A DNA stretch of 32,000 nt from Chlamydiota bacterium (GTDB taxonomy: Bacteria; Auribacterota; JACPWU01). The stretch lies in NCBI GenBank assembly GCA_016196885.1, contig JACPWU010000011.1, forward strand, positions 90,001 to 122,000, read 5' to 3'. Under the pieces are notes generated by a model. It had not been told where the DNA came from. It saw only the letters and a program-made list of their open reading frames with translations, and made no database searches. A program made the position numbers and the translations under genes. This document shows positions 7,523 to 14,981 of the stretch, piece by piece (the first letter of the stretch is position 1; each line of letters starts with the position of its first letter).

Positions 7523-7699
7523 ATTTAAAAGTGTGTCCTTTTATTGATGCGGGTGGCCCGACTGGGGGTCCCCCGCTGATCGCCAGCAGATGGAGACATT
7601 GACCCTCTTATTACATCACAACCCAACCGACATCGATGCCGTCAGCGGGGGTGAGGAGGGACAGGACCCGCCTCCTCTTAAAAGGACACACTTTTAAAT
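7523..7699. repeat. 177-nt GC-rich element closed by a 21-bp perfect inverted repeat
   Basis: atttaaaagtgtgtcctttta (7523-7543) is the reverse complement of taaaaggacacacttttaaat (7679-7699). Inner helices are gcgggt/acccgc and cccccgctga/tcagcggggg, separated by a ~15x14-nt internal loop. It starts 15 nt beyond the UbiD-family stop codon. Confidence 0.7.
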
Positions 7700-7713
7700 T
7701 ACACGATCAAGAC

Positions 7714-9159
7714 TTACAATCCCAATTTTTTCCAAATCTCATCTACTCGCGTTTTCACATCTCTATCCATCACAATCTCATCGGGCCACTCTCGGTCAAA
7801 ACCCTCTTCTTTCCACTTCCGCGTCGCATCAATTCCGACCTTGCTTCCCAGAGCCATACGACGGCCGGCATGGTCCAAGACATCAATGGGTCCCTGGGTA
7901 AACATAAAATCCCGTTCGGGATCAATGTGATTCAACGCCTTCCAGGCCACTTCCTTCACGTCCTGAATATTCACATCTTTGTCTACCACCACGACCACCT
8001 TGGCAAAACACAATTGGGCCAAACCCCAAATGGCACTCATGACTTTTCGGGCCTGACCTGGATAGCGCTTGTCAATCGAAACCAAAAGCAAATTATGAAA
8101 AACGCCTTCAGCCGGCATGTGCATATCTACAAGCTCAGGCAATTGCTTTTTTAAAATCGGAAGAAAAATTCTCTCGGTCGCCTTCCCCATGAAAAAATCT
8201 TCCTGAAGGGGTGCACCCACAATAATCGTCGGATAAACAGGATTTTTCTGCATCGTCATCGCCGTTACATGAAAAACAGGATAGAGATCCGCCAAAGAAT
8301 AATAACCCGTGTGATCGCCAAACGGGCCTTCCATTCGCATTTCTTCAGGATCCACATATCCTTCTAAAACAATTTGGGAATTAGCCGGGATTTCTAAATC
8401 AATCGTCTTACCCTTCACCATTTCTACCGCTTTATTTCGAATAAACCCAGCAAGCATCATTTCATCTACCCCTTCAGGCAAGGGTGCCGATGCAGAATAA
8501 ATCACGGCCGGATCGGGGCCTAAGGCAACTGCCACTTCCATCCGCTTCTTCATTAATTTCGCCTTGTGAAAATGAGCCGCCCCGCCCTTATGAATTTGCC
8601 AATGCATGCCGATGGTTTTCTCATCAAAAATTTGAAGGCGATACATGCCATAATTTGCAGCATCCGTTTCTGGATCTTGGGTGATCACCACGGGCAAAGT
8701 AATGTAACGCCCACCATCTTGCGGCCAACATTTCAAGGCCGGCAAATCAAAAAGCGAAAAATTTTCCGTGTTCACAATCTCCTGACAAGCCCCCTGACGA
8801 ATTGTTTTGGGTTTCAATGCTTTTAAAGTTTGCAACATGGGAAGCATTTGAACAGATTCAAAAAAAGTGGAAGGAATTTTAGGTTCTAAAAAAGAAGCCA
8901 CGCGCTCGGCCAATTCTGAAAAACTTTCTACACCGAGGGCCATGCACATCCGCTTCTCGGTTCCGAATGTATTAATCAAGAGAGGAATTTTTGAGCCTTT
9001 AACCTTTTCAAAAAGAAGCGCAGGACCTCCAGATTTGGTCACACGATCCGTGATCTCCGTGATTTCCAAAATGGGATCGACTTCAAAAGAAACGCGTTTA
9101 AGCTCCCCCCGCTTCTCAAAGGCTTTTATAAAATCGTTGAGTGTGTCGTAGGAATACAT
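7714..9159 (-). CDS. UbiD-family (prenyl-FMN dependent) decarboxylase, menaquinone-associated type
   Basis: 481 aa with UbiD blocks (GGPALLFEKVKGS, NYGMYRLQ, HWQIHKGGA, GPFGDHTGYY). Context of mqn genes suggests the SCO4490-like menaquinone decarboxylase. Confidence 0.85.
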   Translation of the reverse strand: MYSYDTLNDFIKAFEKRGELKRVSFEVDPILEITEITDRVTKSGGPALLFEKVKGSKIPLLINTFGTEKRMCMALGVESFSELAERVASFLEPKIPSTFFESVQMLPMLQTLKALKPKTIRQGACQEIVNTENFSLFDLPALKCWPQDGGRYITLPVVITQDPETDAANYGMYRLQIFDEKTIGMHWQIHKGGAAHFHKAKLMKKRMEVAVALGPDPAVIYSASAPLPEGVDEMMLAGFIRNKAVEMVKGKTIDLEIPANSQIVLEGYVDPEEMRMEGPFGDHTGYYSLADLYPVFHVTAMTMQKNPVYPTIIVGAPLQEDFFMGKATERIFLPILKKQLPELVDMHMPAEGVFHNLLLVSIDKRYPGQARKVMSAIWGLAQLCFAKVVVVVDKDVNIQDVKEVAWKALNHIDPERDFMFTQGPIDVLDHAGRRMALGSKVGIDATRKWKEEGFDREWPDEIVMDRDVKTRVDEIWKKLGL

Positions 9160-9349
9160 AAAGACCGTGCATCGTTCTTCGTACTTCGTTCGCGATATAA
9201 AAATCCATGCAAAGATATCAAAGGAGTACCTAAAAGGAAAGAAGAAGTCTCCTCATAAGATGCCTCCTATTTTCTGATCATGATGAAAAACGCGTTCAGC
9301 AAGTAACAAAGAAAGATGGGAATTAGATAACCCTCACTTAACCTCAAAG

Positions 9350-12300
9350 CTATGCCTTTCGACGACACATCATTGAAAGCATAATAATAGCCGTTTCAAA
9401 AAGGACATATCCGATAACGTAAGGCACCCCCCCTGAGCCAAATCCATAACTGTGCAGACCTGCCGCTAAAATAAAATTAACACCATAATAAGTCATTAAG
9501 ATCAGGGAAAATCCCAGAATAGCAAGTATCGAAATCCCAAAATTTCCGATCCACCCCGCATATCGCGCATGAATCATTGCCAAATATCCAAGAATAGAAA
9601 TCAAAGCCCATGTTTCCTTAGGGTCCCAACCCCAGAAACGGCCCCAGGATTCATTGGCCCAGACACCTCCCAATATAGTACCCGCTATAAGAAACATAAC
9701 ACCGATTTGGATCGTCTTATAGATAAAGCCTGCAGTTTGATGAAATGCCTCTTTTTTTTCAGGACCCAAAAAATAGAGTCCCAGATTGTAATGTGCAATT
9801 CCCATAGCCAAGGCAAAGGCACTGTAACTGAGCACAACAGTCAAAACGTGAACCGTCAACCAAAGATTGCTTTTTAAAACAGGAACCAGTTGAGTAATGC
9901 TTGAATCAATGGGCACGCTCTGGGCAATAACCAAGAGAAAAAATCCAAGAAAAGTTGCGACGGAGCTAAGCAATTTTGTCTTGTAGGCCATTTGAAGGAT
10001 CAGGGCAAAAAAACATATTCCCCAGATGAGAAAAATCAATGACTCATACATGTTTGAAACTGGAGCCCTTCCTGAAATGACGATTCTTAAGGCAATCCCC
10101 AAGGTATGGAAAACAAAACCCGCAACAAAGGGAAGTAAATAAATAATGGATCTTCCTTTGGGGGAGACAAAAAGTGAAAAGACAAAGGCTGAAAAATAGA
10201 AGACCCAGGCTTTCTGAAATGGGGCCCATTCATTATAAAGAATTTCCCTATTCAGGGAACCTTCAGATGGATAATCTCCCCCTGGCAAATTGCGAAGAAA
10301 ACGGGCAAGCTCTTTAGTAGACTCCTCAAAAGAGAAGGCATCCCTCTTTTGAAAAGAGAGCCCAACCTTCTGAAAAATTCTTTTAAATTCCTGGGCAAAT
10401 TTTGGATCGTATTGATCCATCTTTTTCAAACTCAACCATTCCCCATCCTTGTGTTGAATGTCTGGAAGAAGTGTATAGGCGTCTCCTGAAACGACATCAT
10501 GAAACTGTTGCATCTGCTGATAAAGCGCGGCAACCTTCCTTTCATAAGGGTTCAGTGCTTCCCTTTGCATTTGTTTTTGAATCATTTTTCCAAAAAGACG
10601 TTGCAAATTTTCATTCTGACTGAGTTCTTTAAACGAAAAATATTTTCTCTTCAGATCCAGCTTGGCATCTTCCATCAGTGGATGGAAGGTCACACGAATG
10701 ACCTGACGTTCAATAGCTTGTTCAGGGTCAATGGACAGAGACAGAAGATTTTCAATAGCCCTTTTCCCCTCGAATTTTTCTTTACCCGTCATCCATTTCA
10801 TAAATTCATTGGCGAAGGTCTGAAGAGGTTTTGTTCTCCCGCCACTTTGAATGGCAATTTTCTCACAATAAGAATAATTAAGTTTATCTTCAGCTGAGGA
10901 CGCTTGTGAAAGGGAAAAGAGAGCCATCATACAGAGAGAAACCGCTATTTTTTCAACCATGTTGTTTTTCTTGTTTTTAAAACGACTGGTAAAAAACAGA
11001 ATATAAATTCCTAGGATCATAACTATACTTCCTCCATAAATGAAATGAATACCGGGGTCATGGTTAATGGAAAAAATAGACACATCAGATCCATTATTTT
11101 CGCCCTGAACATAACTGGATTGAAAAATTTTAAAGCCCCTGTGTTTTAGCGGATGATTCATATAAATACTTCGATCTTGATCATGAATGATAGCAGGACC
11201 CGTTATTTTTACTTTGCTTTCATAGTTCATTGGCTGGTTAGAACCAGGATAAAATGCCAGGTTGAAATCAACAAGTTCAAGTTTAAAACCCAAAGGAATC
11301 ATTTGATGTTGATATCCTATCTCAATGTGCTCGCCATCCAGGTGCAGAACTTTGCGCCCACCTCTTTGGATCCAAATTTCACGGGTTTGATGGCCCAAAG
11401 AATTTCTTAATTTAAAACGCAGGGCTGGAGTCTGATCTTCCTTGTTGATTTCAGAAGGACTGATTCGAGACGACACCCTTGCCTTGGGAATGAAATCCTC
11501 AATCTTAAACTCAAGCCCCATCCACCCCGTTTGAAGAGGTTCTTTCAACGAAAGAGAACCTACTCGAGACAATCCAGAGCTGTTTTGGAGTTTGTAATAC
11601 AGTTTATTTCGAGGCCCTAAAAAGACGGTAAGAATATTCGCATGATCTAGATTCTTTTCGGGAATAAGGGTTTTAAGGGTTGCCGCAGGCGATAAATTTT
11701 TTTCTTTTAATTCTAGAAATAACTTTTCGACATCTTTCGTTCTTTTAATTTTCTGAAAGCAAACCGTGGCAGGACCCAATTCTAAATGGTTTTTGGCATC
11801 ATCCTCGAGGACCAGTTGATCTTCAACGGAAGTCATTGCATTGGCCAGACTAAACGAAAGAACCGGATATTTTCTCCTACCACCCGCCTTGTACACATTT
11901 TCCTGTACACTATTCTCATAATATTGATCAACCCTGAGTTCCAGGTCACTGTCAGGGATTTTTGTAATCCAGGGTGTTTGATTGAGCCCCTTGGTAAATC
12001 TTTTCTTCAGCGAATGCGTACCCTTCTGAGTCCGTATGTTTATTTCTTCAACATGACTCTCAAACGCTGTGGCACTTTCTTTTTCGCGAAGTGCAAGATC
12101 GCCTTCAACGCCAAAAAATTTGCTGACCATGGAGCCCGCCAAAAGCAAGAGAAGCCCTGCGTGTGTAATAACAAAACCCGTGTGATATTTTCTGAAGGGC
12201 CACCTTTTAAAGGTAGAAAACAAAACATTAAGAAACAACAAACCCAGAGTAACTACAAACCAATTCGTCTTGTATACCAGTTGCTGCGCAGCTTCAGTTC

Positions 12301-12421
12301 CCAGAGTGGACTCGTAGAAAGTCCCGACGGCAAGGATCATACCCAGGGCAATCATCAGGACAATGGCAAAGATATAGGATCCGGTAAAGGAAAGAATTCT
12401 TTTCAAAAGAAGCTCCATCAT
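9350..12421 (-). CDS. ccsBA: fused system-II cytochrome c biogenesis protein CcsBA (ResB-like N-terminus + CcsA/ResC C-terminus)
   Basis: 1023 aa. The N-terminal ResB-like membrane/periplasmic part is followed by a polytopic C-terminus with the WWD heme-handling motif WANESWGRFWGWDPKETWA. Confidence 0.85.
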   Translation of the reverse strand: MMELLLKRILSFTGSYIFAIVLMIALGMILAVGTFYESTLGTEAAQQLVYKTNWFVVTLGLLFLNVLFSTFKRWPFRKYHTGFVITHAGLLLLLAGSMVSKFFGVEGDLALREKESATAFESHVEEINIRTQKGTHSLKKRFTKGLNQTPWITKIPDSDLELRVDQYYENSVQENVYKAGGRRKYPVLSFSLANAMTSVEDQLVLEDDAKNHLELGPATVCFQKIKRTKDVEKLFLELKEKNLSPAATLKTLIPEKNLDHANILTVFLGPRNKLYYKLQNSSGLSRVGSLSLKEPLQTGWMGLEFKIEDFIPKARVSSRISPSEINKEDQTPALRFKLRNSLGHQTREIWIQRGGRKVLHLDGEHIEIGYQHQMIPLGFKLELVDFNLAFYPGSNQPMNYESKVKITGPAIIHDQDRSIYMNHPLKHRGFKIFQSSYVQGENNGSDVSIFSINHDPGIHFIYGGSIVMILGIYILFFTSRFKNKKNNMVEKIAVSLCMMALFSLSQASSAEDKLNYSYCEKIAIQSGGRTKPLQTFANEFMKWMTGKEKFEGKRAIENLLSLSIDPEQAIERQVIRVTFHPLMEDAKLDLKRKYFSFKELSQNENLQRLFGKMIQKQMQREALNPYERKVAALYQQMQQFHDVVSGDAYTLLPDIQHKDGEWLSLKKMDQYDPKFAQEFKRIFQKVGLSFQKRDAFSFEESTKELARFLRNLPGGDYPSEGSLNREILYNEWAPFQKAWVFYFSAFVFSLFVSPKGRSIIYLLPFVAGFVFHTLGIALRIVISGRAPVSNMYESLIFLIWGICFFALILQMAYKTKLLSSVATFLGFFLLVIAQSVPIDSSITQLVPVLKSNLWLTVHVLTVVLSYSAFALAMGIAHYNLGLYFLGPEKKEAFHQTAGFIYKTIQIGVMFLIAGTILGGVWANESWGRFWGWDPKETWALISILGYLAMIHARYAGWIGNFGISILAILGFSLILMTYYGVNFILAAGLHSYGFGSGGVPYVIGYVLFETAIIMLSMMCRRKA

Positions 12422-12444
12422 TTCTTAAATCTACTTGCAAACCG

Positions 12445-12469
12445 AATAATCATATATAATAATCATATA
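12445..12469. promoter_or_regulatory. tandem 12-mer aataatcatata x2 (Fur-box-like core ATAATCAT) in a divergent promoter
   Basis: 12445-12456 and 12458-12469 are identical. ATAATCAT is the central octamer of the classical Fur box GATAATGATAATCATTATC. More TATGAT/ATCAT words lie at 12505-12550. Located between ccsBA (-) and the cytochrome cluster (+). Confidence 0.4.
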
Positions 12470-12576
12470 CACTATAGACATAGTATTCGATTTTAATAGC
12501 AGTATTATGATACAGATCATACAATCGTGCTGTTCACCTGTCGTATCATTCTCCCAACATGTCACAAGGGGTCCGC

Positions 12577-13224
12577 ATGAAATCTAGAAACAAGAAGATT
12601 ATCACAGGATTGTTTTTAATGTTCTGCTCTGCTTTACTTCAAGCGGGACCTATCTCAGTTAAAGATATTACGGATCATCCGGAATCCTTTATTCAAGACC
12701 AAAAAATTGAACTTCGATGCCATTTTCTAAAAGAAAGTAACTCCTGGCTTCACCTGCTCAGCGATTCATCAAGGTATACGGGTCTTTTTGTGTTTGAGAG
12801 GAAGGACAGTTTGATCATAAAAGAAAAAATTACTTTTCCGTATGTTTTTGCGCAAAGACAGCTGCAAGGTAAAATCCGAAATTTGCGTTCGGGGGATTTT
12901 ATACTTATTACAGGAACCTGTTTTAAGCATCAGGCTGTCGGAAAAGAGGCTGTAGGAATTGTTGCTGATCAGATTTTGGTTTTAGGTGAAGATGGAACCC
13001 CAGAGACTGTTGACTCGGAAAAAACCGGGGAATGGTCAGGACGGTTTAATCCACCCAAAAAAGCAAGATCCCTGGATCCTTCGGGTTCAGCCTTGGCAGC
13101 AGATCCTGATTCACAGGGAACTTATACCATCCGATTAGGAAACGACTCCCTCTCAGGGCTTCATTGGGGGGAGAGGTACACCATGAATGGTATGGAGTTT
13201 GTGGTAACGAAAGATGATAAGTAG
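12577..13224 (+). CDS. secreted protein of unknown function (first gene of the cytochrome cluster)
   Basis: Signal peptide MKSRNKKIITGLFLMFCSALLQA. No heme motif. The C-terminal third is Pro/Asp/Ser-rich. An alternative ATG lies at 12559. Confidence 0.55.
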   Translation: MKSRNKKIITGLFLMFCSALLQAGPISVKDITDHPESFIQDQKIELRCHFLKESNSWLHLLSDSSRYTGLFVFERKDSLIIKEKITFPYVFAQRQLQGKIRNLRSGDFILITGTCFKHQAVGKEAVGIVADQILVLGEDGTPETVDSEKTGEWSGRFNPPKKARSLDPSGSALAADPDSQGTYTIRLGNDSLSGLHWGERYTMNGMEFVVTKDDK

Positions 13225-13261
13225 TCAAAGTAGCTAAATTAGTCAAAGAAAAAAAGGGGGG

Positions 13262-14506
13262 ATGATGAAAAAAACACTGTTCTTCGTTTTGGCAGGCTTG
13301 TTCGTTTCTCTCATCTCTGTCCAGGACAGTTGGGCCGTTGCACAATGGTCACGCAAGTACGGAGTCAGTTGCACTACGTGTCACACAGCATTTCCAAGAC
13401 TCAGTTACTTTGGTGATCAATTTGTGCAGAATGGTTTCCAGATGCCCGGAACGGAAGATGGGGATGAAGTAGCAAAGCATATCATTGGGAGCAGCTTGAA
13501 TCTCAATGAATTGACTGATATCTTCGGCCTCAGGATCGCCGTAAGTCCGCTGGAGGTAAAAACCAATAGCCGCAAAGAGGGCTCTAGCAAGGAGACGCTG
13601 TTTAACATCGGAACTCCCAATTGGCTTCAGCTTTTTACAGCGGGAACCATCTTCAAGAATACCTCCATCTTTATTGAGACAGAGGTTGAGGAGCATGATA
13701 TTGCTTTCAACTGGTTCGAGTTGGGCTATCATAATATTCTAGGATCTTCCCTCTTGAACGTTAAGGCTGGAAAAATATCCATGATGGAATTCCATTCCTT
13801 GACAGGAAGATTGAGGGGAATTCCAAACATCAGCCATCAAATCCTTTCAGGCGTGAAAAGCTCGAATGGGACAGGAGACGATTCAATTGCTGTAGCTCAA
13901 CCCGTTCCAGCCGTGGAATGGTATGGATGGACAGGTCCTTTTGTAGCCGCGTTGGGTGTGTCCAATGGTGCCAAATTGCAGGACACGAACAGTGATAAGA
14001 ATTTTTTTGGCACTCTCAAATATTTTGTGGCTGAGGAAGGTGACTTCGCAGGATCCTCAGTTTCTTTGTGGGGACTCATCGGGGCGGACACGAAAGATCT
14101 CTTGGATGAAATCACGGATGCGTATACAGGCGAAGCCGAGAATGACTTTTGGCGGTTTTCTCCAGCGTTTAACATTCGGTATCTGGAAAAATGGGATTTA
14201 CAGTTTGCCTATCTTTTCGGACATGATGATGATTTCAACCTGACCGTGGAGGATAGTCAAGACACGGATTTCCAGGGCGTCGCAACCATTTTGGGATACA
14301 TGCCCAACAACAAATGGTATCTTGCCCTGCAATTTGACTGGGTTGATTCAGATGATGCGTCGAGCCTTCAATATACGAAGCTCAGCCCATCCATCTGGTA
14401 TTTTCCCAGAGACAACATGCGGATTGGTTTGACCGGTCGATTTGATTTGGAATCTGAATCGGACAAAAAGCATGAAGCTCTCGTTCATGTAAGGTCTATG
14501 TTCTAA
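13262..14506 (+). CDS. Cyc2/Cyt572-like fused monoheme cytochrome c - outer membrane beta-barrel porin
   Basis: A signal peptide is followed directly by AQWSRKYGVSCTTCHTAFPRLSYFGDQFVQNGF (single CXXCH at 13370-13384). The remaining ~360 aa show alternating hydrophobic beta-strand patterning and end in ...VHVRSMF (C-terminal Phe, an OMP signature). Confidence 0.6.
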   Translation: MMKKTLFFVLAGLFVSLISVQDSWAVAQWSRKYGVSCTTCHTAFPRLSYFGDQFVQNGFQMPGTEDGDEVAKHIIGSSLNLNELTDIFGLRIAVSPLEVKTNSRKEGSSKETLFNIGTPNWLQLFTAGTIFKNTSIFIETEVEEHDIAFNWFELGYHNILGSSLLNVKAGKISMMEFHSLTGRLRGIPNISHQILSGVKSSNGTGDDSIAVAQPVPAVEWYGWTGPFVAALGVSNGAKLQDTNSDKNFFGTLKYFVAEEGDFAGSSVSLWGLIGADTKDLLDEITDAYTGEAENDFWRFSPAFNIRYLEKWDLQFAYLFGHDDDFNLTVEDSQDTDFQGVATILGYMPNNKWYLALQFDWVDSDDASSLQYTKLSPSIWYFPRDNMRIGLTGRFDLESESDKKHEALVHVRSMF

Positions 14507-14520
14507 GAATGAATAAACCA

Positions 14521-14556
14521 GGGGGGTGCACCCATATCGGGGCATCCCCCTTTTTT
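14521..14556 (+). terminator. intrinsic terminator/attenuator after the Cyc2-like gene
   Basis: ggggggtgcaccc-atatc-ggggcatccccc forms about 12 bp (one bulge, one G.U), followed by tttttt. It begins 15 nt after the stop codon. Confidence 0.75.
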
Positions 14557-14571
14557 ATCATGGAGGCAAAA

Positions 14572-14895
14572 ATGAGAAGTTTATGGGCGTTTTGCTCCTT
14601 GCTTATGATTCTTTTTATCACAAGCATACATGCGGATGTAGTACCTGGGGAGGAAATGTACAACAAGAAATGCAAGTCCTGTCATGGAAAATCGGGAGAG
14701 GGTAATCCTATGATGGAGAAGGCGCTGAAGATAGATCCAACGCTTTTAGTCCTGAAAGACCTTAAAAAATCAGATGATGAATTAAAGACGATCATTCGGG
14801 ATGGCAAGAATAAGATGCCTTCCTTTAAGGGTAAAATTTCTGACGATGAAATCAGTAACATCGTACAATACGTTCGCAGTTTTTCACAAAAGTAG
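14572..14895 (+). CDS. periplasmic class I monoheme cytochrome c
   Basis: GGAGG lies 5 nt upstream of ATG 14572. Signal peptide MRSLWAFCSLLMILFITSIHA, CKSCHG heme site and distal NKMPSF methionine. Confidence 0.75.
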   Translation: MRSLWAFCSLLMILFITSIHADVVPGEEMYNKKCKSCHGKSGEGNPMMEKALKIDPTLLVLKDLKKSDDELKTIIRDGKNKMPSFKGKISDDEISNIVQYVRSFSQK

Positions 14896-14921
14896 AATTT
14901 TCCAAAATCAGGAAAAGAGAC

Positions 14922-14954
14922 AGAGGGCTTGTTTACATCGCCCTCTTTTTCTTT
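14922..14954 (+). terminator. intrinsic terminator-like hairpin after the cytochrome c gene
   Basis: agagggc-N11-gccctct (7-bp stem) followed by ttttcttt. Confidence 0.6.
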
Positions 14955-14981
14955 GTGGGGCCTGAAGGTGCGTGCTAAAAC

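Noticed and set aside
7573-7583. 11-mer ccgctgatcgc shared between the GC-rich element and 17297-17307 upstream of the debranching enzyme gene
   Set aside because: It is a single short near-palindromic match with no extended similarity on either side. It is probably chance (expected about 0.015 per window, but found post hoc).
7636-8154. 172-aa ORF on the + strand
   Set aside because: It is entirely antisense to the strongly motif-supported UbiD-family CDS. It begins inside the GC-rich inverted-repeat element and has no recognisable motif, so it is most likely a shadow ORF.
11786-12496. 236-aa ORF on the + strand
   Set aside because: It is antisense to the ccsBA 5' region, its composition is low complexity, and it runs through the divergent promoter. 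I treat it as a shadow ORF.
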